Origin: an uncultured Chloroflexia bacterium
GTDB taxonomy: Bacteria; Chloroflexota; Chloroflexia; QHBQ01; JADMIH01
Direction: 5' to 3'
Assembly (NCBI GenBank): GCA_963797095.1
Contig: CAWCNY010000003.1
Coordinates: 512,001 to 576,000, forward strand
DNA: 64,000 nt
Shown: one piece after another, positions 38,912 through 49,378 of the stretch
Numbering within the stretch: position 1 is the stretch's first letter
How the letters are laid out: each line of letters opens with the position of its first letter
Position numbers and translations under genes: made by a program
Notes under the pieces: model-generated
Told to the model about the DNA's origin: nothing
What the model saw: only the letters and a program-made list of their open reading frames with translations
The model's database searches: none

Positions 38912-40378
38912 ATGGCCGCAGCAAAAGTGGTCTGGCAGGTCATCTGCCCTACCTGCAGCAATGGCGCTCCGCAGGGTTCCCCGTATTGCGATAAATGCGG
39001 GACATCGCTGAGCAACATACCCGCGGTGCAGATCGAATCAAAGACAATGCAGATAGCCACTCCGGACCACGTGCTAAAGAAGTTTCTGAACGAAGAGCAA
39101 GATCCGGCACTGGTTCGTCAGATATATGAGAAAGCTTTGCAGATCATGGTGGAAGGCGAAGAGATTGAATATATCGCCACCGCAAACAAGACTATGGTAG
39201 GTATCTCGTTTGATTGCGTGGTCGCTACCAATAGACGATTGATAGACTACAAGAAGAAAATGCTTGGCAAGGTAGCCCTCGATGACTGCTTCTGGCGAGA
39301 TGTGCGAGAAGTCGAGATGAAAGAGGCACGCCAGGGTGTATCGCTCATGGTAGAAACGATCCAGGGCTGGCGTCTGACCGTGGAATCGCTGCCCAGGGCG
39401 CAGGCGTGGCGGTTATATGAGGTAGGAGCGGAATACAATCCGAAGCTCCAGGCGAGGCTGCACGACATGCTGGGGGCTGCCAGTGCCCAGCAAATCGATC
39501 ACGCCTCGGTGGACCACGCAACAGCCGTGCCTGTTCACCCATACGGAGAATTCGACCATGCCGGCACGGAGCACCATAACGTACCATGGGCTGGCCCAGT
39601 TAGCGATCATTTGGGCGGCGCACGGCCCGCAGACCCAGCTTCGACCGGACCATTGCCGTTGATCATGCCACCATCGACTGAGTCTTTTCCCGTGCAGGGG
39701 TGGCAGGCTGCGCCTGCTATGAGTGCAGAACCGCCCCACTATCTCCCGGAGAACATCAGTTTTGAGCAGCCTTCAATGCCCAGTCTCGATGATTTGTTCT
39801 CTCCGTTGATGGAGAAGGAGCTATCAAACTCAAGCCATCAAGAAGAGCAGCCTACGCACAATCCTACTCCGATGGCTCAGGCAGAGCAAGGATCAATACT
39901 GTTCGACGTGCCGGTAGGAGAACAATCCCATAACAATGAAATTGTTCCTGCACATGTAGCCAGCTATCAGTCGGCGACGAAACCCTCGCCAGTTGCGAGC
40001 ACGTCAAACGGCTCAAATGGCAACGGCTCAAATGGCAACGGCTCAAATGGCAATGGTAAGGGTATTGGCGCGCTCCAGCTGCCCCGGATGAATGGCCTGC
40101 TAACGCCGGAAGTCTCAGAAACTCCACATGTGGATTTGCCTAGAGCTCTACCACAGACAATGCAACCGGATATCCGGAGCACACATGAATCCCGGCAAAC
40201 GGAAACAGCCAACCAACACCTTCATTCCAATACGACTTCAGAAGAGCATCAGAAAGTGCCAACAAAGAACGAAAGTCCAATGCGGAAGTTGAGGCAATTA
40301 AAGCGTATGTTGGACGCAGGGCTGATCACTCAAGAGGACTATGAGGTCAAGAAAACCGACATATTGTCGCGAATATAG
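38912..40378 (+). CDS. Zinc-ribbon + bacterial PH-like + disordered linker + SHOCT protein
   Basis: CPTC...YCDKCG; EEIEYIA..VVATNRRLI; C-terminal KLRQLKRMLDAGLITQEDYEVKK; 15-bp repeat encoding (GSNGN)x3 at about 40010-40055. Confidence 0.75.
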   Translation: MAAAKVVWQVICPTCSNGAPQGSPYCDKCGTSLSNIPAVQIESKTMQIATPDHVLKKFLNEEQDPALVRQIYEKALQIMVEGEEIEYIATANKTMVGISFDCVVATNRRLIDYKKKMLGKVALDDCFWRDVREVEMKEARQGVSLMVETIQGWRLTVESLPRAQAWRLYEVGAEYNPKLQARLHDMLGAASAQQIDHASVDHATAVPVHPYGEFDHAGTEHHNVPWAGPVSDHLGGARPADPASTGPLPLIMPPSTESFPVQGWQAAPAMSAEPPHYLPENISFEQPSMPSLDDLFSPLMEKELSNSSHQEEQPTHNPTPMAQAEQGSILFDVPVGEQSHNNEIVPAHVASYQSATKPSPVASTSNGSNGNGSNGNGSNGNGKGIGALQLPRMNGLLTPEVSETPHVDLPRALPQTMQPDIRSTHESRQTETANQHLHSNTTSEEHQKVPTKNESPMRKLRQLKRMLDAGLITQEDYEVKKTDILSRI

Positions 40379-42246
40379 ATGTTACATGAGGTAATAAACC
40401 TGAGTATCAGCACAACAATTCAGAGGGGCGGCGTTTCTGTAGCGGAGATACAAAGAGGGCGGCGGTCGACAGGTATACCTGTCACCTTACTTGTGCTTCT
40501 GTGTTTCGTAGGCTTAGGACTGCTCTTTACCTCGGCGGCTGACAATCCAGCAATCATTATTGCCCTTGGCGTAAGTTTGATCTTCGCTGTTTGCATAATA
40601 CGCTGGCCCGTTACCGGTACTTATATGGCCGTCGTTATGGCCATCCTGTTCGACACTCTCCCTTCGGCATACGCTCATACATTCTTCTCGGATCTGGGTG
40701 TCTTTCGCAATCTCAGCTATGTCGGACTGCCGGAAGGCGTTGTCGTCAGTCTGTTTGAGTTGGTGGTGGTGCTGTCTTTGATTAGCGCACTCGTCCATCG
40801 CTTTCACAACCATATGAAGCTTGTGCAGGGACCACTTTTCTGGCCCATGGTACTTTTCGGAGTTATGGTCGTGGCCGGAGAGGCATCGGGAATCCTGTCT
40901 GGGAGGCGACTTCAAGATCTCACTTATGGGAAATTCGCGCCACTGATGTACCTGGTGGCGTTATATTTATTGGCCGTGAACACGATAAATGGAGCAGCGC
41001 AGATACGCACGTTGCTGTGGATCACAATCTTTGTATCAGCTATTCGTTGCGCGGAAGGCATGTGGCGATATTTCCAAATACCTGCAGCGACACGGGGCCA
41101 GGTTCCAACAGTTCTGGAGCATGAAGACTCTCTGTTTCCTGGTGATGCCTTTTGCATTGGCGCTGGTAGGGGTTCTATGGCGAAACTGGCTGCCCAGACA
41201 TATGCTATGGTGGCTTATAGCACTGATACCGGTCTGTTTTTACGTGATCCTAATCAATCACCGTCGCGCTGCCTTCCTCTGCATTTTCCTAAGTATTGCA
41301 AGTTGCTTGCCCATCATCTGGATCACCCTCAAGATCACAGCAGGAACGAAAGCGATTTCATTTATGCCTTGGTTGTAGCCGCCTTTCTTGGTGCCGCCTA
41401 CTTGGCGGCGTTTTGGAATAGTTCCAACGGCATTGCCGCTCCTGCACAATCAATCCGCTCAATGATTCAACCTGATGAGCGAGATTACCTTTCCAATCTT
41501 TACAGGGATGAGGAAAACACTCAACCTGAAATATACGATCAGCTTCAGCCCGATTACAGGCATTGGCTTCGGCAAGCCTATGCAGCTTATTACTCCCATG
41601 GTCGACCTGGAATTGGACTGGTCGTTACAACTTTACATGCCACACAATAATATGCTGTGGCTTTGGATGCGGATGGGCATTAGTGGGTTTTATTGAGTTT
41701 CTGGATGCTTTGCGGAGCAGGGATCCTGCTAATCGTCACAGCGTGAGAAAGCATTTGCACGATGGAGATTTCTCGAGTGGGAAGGGGACACAACTCTACC
41801 CGCCGACTCTTCGAGACAACAAAAGTAACAAGAAAAGGATCACAAAATTGGATCATCGGCATACATATCTGAACAGCAGTTACATCCAGCGAACCAGAGA
41901 TACAAGTACAAGGGACAGGCTCAAGAAATGGAGACAAGAGATGACAGAGTTTACCGAATTCATCATCTTCATCTTCCTGGCTCAAACAGTGTTGATATCA
42001 CTCATAGGCATCGCGATAGTAGATCAGGGCCTGATGAGTTTCCGGCTCGCCTCTTATGCAGGAGCAGTCCTGGGCACTTTGGCTTCTGCATGGCCTGCAT
42101 ATAGTGCATTCACAGCACCTCAAGCTCAAGGGGTAACCCCCCAAAAGGATCACCAAACTGGTAGCATCAAGCCCACGACGACGCGAGATACGCGTAATCG
42201 TGGGTGGCCAGTATTAGCTTTTAACTTACATAGCAGGCAACAATAG
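40379..42246 (+). CDS. O-antigen ligase/polymerase (Wzy-like) membrane protein, broken by several 1-nt indels
   Basis: Multi-TM; motifs spread over frames: LEHED, NHRRAAF, SNLYR, SPITGIGFGKP, HNNMLWLWMRMG, QGLMSFR. Confidence 0.75.
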
Positions 42247-42259
42247 GAAAGGAACAGGA

Positions 42260-43399
42260 ATGCTCAAGATTACCGAATACTCAGGTCTATACAAGAGCTT
42301 CTAGCAGTGAGCACCGAATGGAGCACGTCTACTTGATAAATGCGAAAATGCGTCCATCTTTGCCCAATGGGAATGGGCGGATGCTTACTTTAGGTTTGGC
42401 CCTTCCGGCAAACGACCCCTCATACTTGCGGCGTGGGATGATCGCGATACATTGGTCGGGTTACTGCCACTTTCAATAGCAACTCGGTTAGGTGCCTTGC
42501 GAACTTTTGAGGTATTAGGCTGTACTTCTTCAGGCTATCCAATCAGTGATTACGGAGGTCCTGTTGCAGTGCGCGGAATGGAAGGAACCGTATGGCAGGC
42601 AATGCTTGCACACCTTAACCAAAGTCCTTGGGCCATCATCGATTTGCGCAACTGCCCCCAAGGAAGTGATAGCGAAGAACGCCTAACCAATATCGCTAGC
42701 AGAGCTAAGCGTAATTCTGGCTGGACATTCAAAGTCCAGCCATCCGATGTATGCCGGGTTATTCCACTAGCCAATTCCTTCGATACTTATCTAGCTACAC
42801 TGAGTTCCAACGCCCGCCAGAATCTGCGACGCAAGTTGCGCAAACTAAAAGAAGCTGGATACTCATTAGAACAAGTGCCTTTACAGGATGCAACGGCCCG
42901 CGCAGAAGCAGTTGATGCGCTCATCGCACTCCACCGACAAAGATGGGCTATGTATGAAGGAGGGGGCTTCCCCGATGAGAGGTCTTGTACACTCCACAAA
43001 TATCTTATCGAGAAGCTGACTGTCAATGGACATGTAGATATGCGTATTGCTCGTTCTTCTGAGGGGAAGATCGCAGGAGTTATCTATAATCTACGGCGTA
43101 ATGGCATTAGTTCCTTTTACTCAATTGGTGTTTCTCAGGATCCTGCATTATCCCATCTCAGCTTGGGAGTTTGTCTATTAGCAGACAGCATACGCGCCGC
43201 AATTGAAGGAGGTTACCATACCTTCGATCTATTGCGAGGGGATCATGATTACAAAGCGCATTTCGGTGGATATACCACCCACAATCTACGTGTGACAATA
43301 TATCGCTATGGCTGGCTGCAAAAGGCAGAAGAGATGCTGCGCGGACTGAAGCACGTAGTGCGGGATCGACAGACCATGCACGCAGCCCCACAACAATAA
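42260..43399 (+). CDS. Second CelD/BcsL-family GNAT; 5' end frameshifted
   Basis: IFAQWEW upstream of ORF 42452; LVGLLPL, SDYGGP, FDTYLATLS..RQNLRR, FDLLRGDHDYK. Confidence 0.82.
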
Positions 43400-43435
43400 C
43401 TAGCCCATCTCAGTTACCCAAAGAGGTAGTAAGAA

Positions 43436-44596
43436 ATGACACGCGTTGCTGTCCTCGTCTCCACACAAATCAAGGAAGACCTTGCTGAAATGATCGCTGC
43501 GGGTAAAGCCCCGCGCCGCGATTACTTCGAGTTAAGGGACATGCTAAATGCTGAACTGATGAGCCCATCCGTATCCAAAGGTCTGATATACAAGATTTCG
43601 AAGCGAGGAAGTACAGTCCTGGCTACGGTGTGGTCAGCCTGGGCACGAAGATCAGAATATGACATTATCGTAACTGACCAGGAAACCACCGGACTGTTGT
43701 TGGCGCTACTCTTCAAGCTCACCCGCACGCGACGCGGGCATGTAATGATCTCACATTACCTGAGCCCTGCCAAGAAACAGGTGCTCTACCGCCTCTTGCG
43801 TGCACAAAGCCACATCGATATCACGGTATGCTACAGTACGGCTCAGGAAAAGGTAGCTATAGAAAAGTTGCATTTGAAAAAAGAGCAGGTTGGCTTGGTT
43901 CTTCACCCAGCCGATAGTCGATTCTGGAGGCCGGCCGCAAGCCATTCTGAGGCGCAAGCCGACCTTGAAATATTGCACCGGGCAGGTGTCTATCTTCCCG
44001 ACCATGCGCAGGTCGTTTGTAGCGCGGGCCTGGAGTTTAGAGATTATCCCACGTTGATGAATGCGGTCCAGGAACTACCCAAGAACGTGCGAGTGGTTAT
44101 CGCTGCCGCCAGCCCCTGGTCAAAGCGCAAGAACACTTCTGAAGAAGTGAAGTTACCTGAGAATGTACAAAGAGTATCCCTGACACCTCTACAGTTACGC
44201 GCCCTATACCGCCGATCACAGGTGGTTGCAATCCCTCTATATGATGTCGACTTCCAGGCAGGGTCACTCGTGGCATACGAGGCGATGGCATGTGGCAAGC
44301 CGGTTGTAATAACGCATACGCGCGGCCAGACTGATATTGTACGTGACGGAGTAACAGGATTATATGTGCCGCCTGGCGATCCCCCCGCAATGGCCCAAGC
44401 ACTTAACCGCCTGTTAGCCGATCCAGACCAAGCACAATCATTCGGCAAGGTGGCTCAGCAGATAGTTGAACAGGAACTGAACCTCGACACATATCTAGCA
44501 GCTATGATCGCACTCGTTCACAAGGTGACGGCCCGCCACTCACCTTACGCGGGGATAGACCCGCAAATCAATGCAACAAAACAGGTCGTCAGGTAG
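43436..44596 (+). CDS. Glycosyltransferase family 4
   Basis: SAGLEFRDYPTL, AGSLVAYEAMACGKPVV, GVTGLYVPPGD. Confidence 0.92.
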   Translation: MTRVAVLVSTQIKEDLAEMIAAGKAPRRDYFELRDMLNAELMSPSVSKGLIYKISKRGSTVLATVWSAWARRSEYDIIVTDQETTGLLLALLFKLTRTRRGHVMISHYLSPAKKQVLYRLLRAQSHIDITVCYSTAQEKVAIEKLHLKKEQVGLVLHPADSRFWRPAASHSEAQADLEILHRAGVYLPDHAQVVCSAGLEFRDYPTLMNAVQELPKNVRVVIAAASPWSKRKNTSEEVKLPENVQRVSLTPLQLRALYRRSQVVAIPLYDVDFQAGSLVAYEAMACGKPVVITHTRGQTDIVRDGVTGLYVPPGDPPAMAQALNRLLADPDQAQSFGKVAQQIVEQELNLDTYLAAMIALVHKVTARHSPYAGIDPQINATKQVVR

Positions 44597-45353
44597 CTCC
44601 ACGAATAGCATAGTTGATAAGCCTACCAACCAAGAGGACTTGGGCAAACATGCCCGACAGGACGAAACCGATATCATGACCAACACCGAGATGCCCCAAC
44701 CAGGCAAGACGCGCAGTCTAGTCGCACGGGCGAAGCTCTATATCAGCAAGCAAACCGAAGCCATTCACCTACGTTTAGGGGTCGCACAAATCTTGCTCCG
44801 ATTGATCCCATACGGCACCATGGGTAACTTGCGCAGTATGATCTACGGCTGGTGCGGTTTCGACATCAGTAGCAAAGCGTACATTGCCGGTGCTCTCGAA
44901 CTGCGTGGAGATGGTGACATCTATCCCCATTTGCATGTTGGGGAGCACACATTCATAAATACACCATGCTTCATCGAACTCAATGCTCCAGTTCATATTG
45001 GTGCACATGTGGGTATTGGGCATCATACTGTCTTCGTCACCAGCAACCACGAGCTTGGGCCTGCATCTGCCCGCATGGGTAAGCTCAAAGCAGGGCCCAT
45101 AACCATAGGCGATGGTGCGTGGATTGGGGCCGGCGCAATGATACTTCCCGGAGTGACAATTGGCCCTGGGGCATTCGTCACTGCCGGAGCCGTAGTAACT
45201 CGCGATGTGCCTGCGAATGCCAAAGTTGCAGGTGTTCATGCCCGGATAACTAGTTCACTGGATGGCAGAGACCCAGCGCTATGGCAAGCGATGGCTGGAA
45301 ACTCAGCCGAACATACCGAAAGCGTACAAGAATCCGACAAAGTGGTCTATTGA
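44571..45353 (+). CDS. Hexapeptide-repeat O-acyltransferase (maltose/galactoside acetyltransferase-like; start may be later)
   Basis: ITIGDGAWIGAGAMILPGVTIG..AGAVVTRDVP. Confidence 0.9.
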   Translation: MQQNRSSGSSTNSIVDKPTNQEDLGKHARQDETDIMTNTEMPQPGKTRSLVARAKLYISKQTEAIHLRLGVAQILLRLIPYGTMGNLRSMIYGWCGFDISSKAYIAGALELRGDGDIYPHLHVGEHTFINTPCFIELNAPVHIGAHVGIGHHTVFVTSNHELGPASARMGKLKAGPITIGDGAWIGAGAMILPGVTIGPGAFVTAGAVVTRDVPANAKVAGVHARITSSLDGRDPALWQAMAGNSAEHTESVQESDKVVY

Positions 45354-46433
45354 ATGAGCGACATCATGAACTTACCCCAAGCAAAAACATTGGATCTAAG
45401 TGTCATAGTTCCAACTCATAACCGACTGAGTTTTCTACCAGCCCTGATAGCGAGTTTGGCATCACAGGACTATCAACCGAACCTCTGGGAACTGATAATC
45501 GTAGTTGATGGCTCCTCTGACGGCACGCTGAAATATCTAGATTCCGTTACAGAGCCGACACTACCCAATCTACGTGTATTATCACAACCCCAGAGTGGTG
45601 TGGCCGCTACGCGCAATACTGGCGTAAAGGCCGCCAGGGGGCGTGCAGTGCTTTTCCTGGACGACGATATGATTGCGTCGCCCTCTCTCGTCCGTGAGCA
45701 TGCTCAGGTTCATCTACATGACCCAGAAGCGGTAGTAGTCGGTCACGTGAGTGTGCCTGCAGAGAAGCGAGATCCGTGGGTTGTCTGGGAGGATAGCCAA
45801 TTAGAGAGACACTTCACAGCGTTGAAAAAAGGCACCCGCATTCCAGGCCCACGAGATTTCTATACTGGCAATTGCTCGGTTTCTGGCGAACTATTCCAAC
45901 GAATCGGAGGGTTTAATATCAACCTCCCGAGAACCGAAGACGTCGAGTTGGGCTATAGACTAGCCGACGCGGGTGCACACTTCTTTTATCGCCCTGAGGC
46001 CCATAGCCTGCACCTCGGGCTCCATCCGTTTGCAAGTTGGCTGCGTAATGCGAGACTCTACGGACGCTGTGATGTGCTTCTAGCCTGGGACAAAGGCCAT
46101 ACCCATCTACAAGTTGAGCTTTTCCGGTGGTACCACCTTCGTAATGCCCTAAACAAAGCTCTTGTCCAGGTCTGCGCCCGCTGGCCCACGCTGGAAAAAC
46201 TGTCTATTAGTGGGGCACATCTTATTGGACGCGCACTCTACAAAGCAGGCGCTCGTCGCCTCTCTACTACGTGTTACAGCGCCATTTACAATCTCGCCTA
46301 CTGGCTCTCCGTCATCGAATCCATAGGTAAGGAGCGCTTTTGGTCTGAAATTAGGGCACAAAAAATCAACAAGGAGAACATAACCACAGACCTAAAAGAT
46401 CCGCAACCTACGAAGGTCATAGTCGAGAACTGA
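45354..46433 (+). CDS. Glycosyltransferase family 2
   Basis: SVIVPTHNR, VVDGSSDGT, FLDDD, TGNCS, EDVELGYR. Confidence 0.93.
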   Translation: MSDIMNLPQAKTLDLSVIVPTHNRLSFLPALIASLASQDYQPNLWELIIVVDGSSDGTLKYLDSVTEPTLPNLRVLSQPQSGVAATRNTGVKAARGRAVLFLDDDMIASPSLVREHAQVHLHDPEAVVVGHVSVPAEKRDPWVVWEDSQLERHFTALKKGTRIPGPRDFYTGNCSVSGELFQRIGGFNINLPRTEDVELGYRLADAGAHFFYRPEAHSLHLGLHPFASWLRNARLYGRCDVLLAWDKGHTHLQVELFRWYHLRNALNKALVQVCARWPTLEKLSISGAHLIGRALYKAGARRLSTTCYSAIYNLAYWLSVIESIGKERFWSEIRAQKINKENITTDLKDPQPTKVIVEN

Positions 46434-46454
46434 CAAGAGGTAGGAAGATCGTTT

Positions 46455-47279
46455 ATGAGAAGTGAGACGGGGCTGCTACGCACTTACCTGAACTGGATAC
46501 CAATACTCATGTTCCATGAGGTAGTGCTGGATGGAACCGATCCCATACCTCCATACGCAGTTTCTCAGGCTCAACTCCGCACAATTTTACATGATTTCGC
46601 CAGGCGAGGTTATACGTCGGGCACACTAGATCAGGTTGTAGGTGGTCCAGTCGATGACAGAAAGAAACAAGATACGGACGACGTAACCAATAAACCAAGA
46701 AAGCAGATAGTGCTCACGTTTGATGATGGCACCTCTGATTTTCTAGAAAATGCCCTGCCCGTATTGCAAGAATTCAGGTTTACTGCCACCATATTTGCAA
46801 TCGCCGGTATGGTGGGCGGAAAACGCGAGTGGAATAGTCTGCCAGGTCAAGCTCCTCTAACTCCCGTGCCGCTTATGAGCATTGCAGATTTGCGAGCATT
46901 GCGCGATAAGGGTTTCACTATAGGCTCCCACACAATTTCCCACCCGCGCCTTACTGACTTGAACATCGAACAAGCAGAAAAAGAAGTCGCAAATTCGCGA
47001 GCAATGTTAGTAAATATGCTGGGAGAACCGGTACGTTGGTTCGCATATCCTTACCTTGCTGCGAATGAAGTTACACGTAATCTGGTGAGGGCTGCAGGGT
47101 TTGTAGGAGCATGCGGTGGGCCTAATCAAAAGCATTCCAGATTCTATTTGAATAGGTTAGATGCTTCTTACTACAAGATCCCCCAACTACGCATACGCTG
47201 TAACGGTCTGTTCCATATGACACGCCAGATGCTCCGTCAGGCGCGGCATAGTGTAAGTGGAACTCCTACGCTGACTTAG
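46455..47279 (+). CDS. Polysaccharide deacetylase (CE4, IcaB/PgaB-like)
   Basis: PILMFH, LTFDDG, IGSHTISHP, FAYPY. Confidence 0.92.
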   Translation: MRSETGLLRTYLNWIPILMFHEVVLDGTDPIPPYAVSQAQLRTILHDFARRGYTSGTLDQVVGGPVDDRKKQDTDDVTNKPRKQIVLTFDDGTSDFLENALPVLQEFRFTATIFAIAGMVGGKREWNSLPGQAPLTPVPLMSIADLRALRDKGFTIGSHTISHPRLTDLNIEQAEKEVANSRAMLVNMLGEPVRWFAYPYLAANEVTRNLVRAAGFVGACGGPNQKHSRFYLNRLDASYYKIPQLRIRCNGLFHMTRQMLRQARHSVSGTPTLT

Positions 47280-47682
47280 CATCTGAGCAGCTAAACGGAA
47301 TCCTCCTCTTACATGCAGAGCACATAACTAGAGCCTTCTTGTTATTTCGACAAGACATGATTCTGACCTAGCCCCGAGAATCTAGTCCAGCACCAATGAG
47401 AGTTCCCGGTAAAATAGCACAATCAGAAAGGAGAACTCAAGATGAAAAGGGGCCAGTTTGTTTCTGATAATGCTCTATCTTTGCAGATTTTAGAACTGGC
47501 CCGTCAAGCGGCGAATAGGTCTGTTTCTGCTAATGTAAAAGGGAGCCATTCGATGAAATCTTGACAGTCAAAAAGGGAGCCACTTAGCTCTCTCTTTGCT
47601 ATCGTTGGGACAAGGCAAAGATGTTGCCTTTCGGTTACTCGGCTAGACCGTTAGACCGCAAACGATACGATAGCAAAGAGAG

Positions 47683-49377
47683 GTGGAGATGATTACCGTG
47701 GAACAACACGAAGCCATCCGCCGCGCCTTCTACCTCGAACACAAGAGTGTCAGGCAGATCGCACGAGAACAAAGGCACTCCCGCAAGACTGTTGACAAAG
47801 CCATTGCCCAAGCCCAAGCCCAGGCTCAGGACCCATCCCAGTCCCAATTCTACCAACCGTACCCTTACCCAACTTACCGGCGCACCAAACCTAGACCCGC
47901 TCCGGTGTTCGGCTCTTTCCAGACCCGTGTCGACGAACTCCTACAGCAAAACGACCGTCTCCCACGCAAACAACGCTACACCGCTCGCAAGATCTTTGAA
48001 CTTTTGGTCAAGGAAGGCTACCAGGGTAGCAAGTCTCGCGTGCGATTGCACGTGAGCAGATATCGCAAAGCCCATCACGCACCACCCCTGTTCATACCAC
48101 TAGAGTTCGAGCCTGGGAAGGACGCCCAGGTTGACTGGGGTGAAGCTGTTGCCGTCATCGGTGGCGAGCGCCAAACCGTGCAGTTGTTCATCATGCGTCT
48201 GAACTACTCAAGGCGATCCTTCGTGATGGCCTACCCCTCGCAGAAACAAGAAGCCTTCTTTGCCGGTCATGTGGCAGCTTTCCAGCACTTTGGTGGAGTT
48301 CCCCAACGTATCAGCTACGACAACCTGGCCTCGGCGGTGGATCCGGTTGCCTCTTTCAGCTCGGTGCGCCTCCTGATCGAAGGACGAGTACGACGAGAGC
48401 AGAGAGCATTCGTAGCCTTTCGTAGTCATTACCTGTTCGAGAGCCACTTCTGCACGCCTGGACAAGGGCATGAGAAGGGAGGTGTTGAACACAGCGTAGG
48501 GTTTAGCCGCCGCAACTTCCTGGTACCTATCCCAGATGTGGCCTCATTTGAAGCATTGAACATCTTTCTTCTGAGCGAGTGCCTGCGAGATGATCAGCGC
48601 CGGGTTGCGCGCCAACCCACCACCATCAAAGAAGCCTGGGAGCAGGAGCTACCTCATCTGCGTCCTCTACCTTCCTACCAATATGAATGTTGCGTGACGA
48701 GCACGGCACATCTCACTCCATACAGCCAGGTGATCTTTGAGACCAATCGCTACTCGGTGCCCGTCGAGAGAGCAAGGCGAGAAGTGATCGTCAAGGCTTA
48801 CCCTTTCCATGTGGACATATTCGACCCCAATCCCAACCCCAATCCCAACGATGGCCAGCCACGTAATCAATCGCATGACCAGCCCGGCCGCTCCGGCCTA
48901 CCAGGATTGCTTGCCCGTCATCCCCGCTGCTACGAGCGAGAGCAGGATATCTTCGAGCCACTGCATTACCTGCCTTTGCTCGCTCAGCGGCCAGGGGCAT
49001 TCGATTATGCCAAACCATTGCGCCGGTGGCGAGCCAAATGGCCACCTACATATGAGAAGGCGTTGGAACTGTTACGGGAGAAGTGGCCGGAAGGCAGAGG
49101 AGTGAAGGAGTTTGTCCGCATCTTGCAACTTCATCAGGATTATCCCGCTGTGCTTGTGGAGCGAGCAGTTGGGCAGGCTCTTTCGTATGGGTGTGTTCAT
49201 TTTGATGGAGTTACCCATTGTTTGAGGCAACTCACCACGCCTGAAACAGAGCTGACCATGCTTGCAGGTCTTGATCTGGTAGGGCTGGCCGATCACCCAC
49301 ACCTGCAAGCCATTGGCAAAATCGGCAGCCAGCCCATCGACTTACGTCGTTATGAGCAACTGCTTCAAGGAGGATGA
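47683..49377 (+). CDS. istA: IS21 transposase IstA
   Basis: AQVDWG, FGGVPQRISYDN, EKGGVE, NRYSVP, HYLPLLAQRPGAF. Confidence 0.95.
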   Translation: MEMITVEQHEAIRRAFYLEHKSVRQIAREQRHSRKTVDKAIAQAQAQAQDPSQSQFYQPYPYPTYRRTKPRPAPVFGSFQTRVDELLQQNDRLPRKQRYTARKIFELLVKEGYQGSKSRVRLHVSRYRKAHHAPPLFIPLEFEPGKDAQVDWGEAVAVIGGERQTVQLFIMRLNYSRRSFVMAYPSQKQEAFFAGHVAAFQHFGGVPQRISYDNLASAVDPVASFSSVRLLIEGRVRREQRAFVAFRSHYLFESHFCTPGQGHEKGGVEHSVGFSRRNFLVPIPDVASFEALNIFLLSECLRDDQRRVARQPTTIKEAWEQELPHLRPLPSYQYECCVTSTAHLTPYSQVIFETNRYSVPVERARREVIVKAYPFHVDIFDPNPNPNPNDGQPRNQSHDQPGRSGLPGLLARHPRCYEREQDIFEPLHYLPLLAQRPGAFDYAKPLRRWRAKWPPTYEKALELLREKWPEGRGVKEFVRILQLHQDYPAVLVERAVGQALSYGCVHFDGVTHCLRQLTTPETELTMLAGLDLVGLADHPHLQAIGKIGSQPIDLRRYEQLLQGG

Positions 49378-49378
49378 A

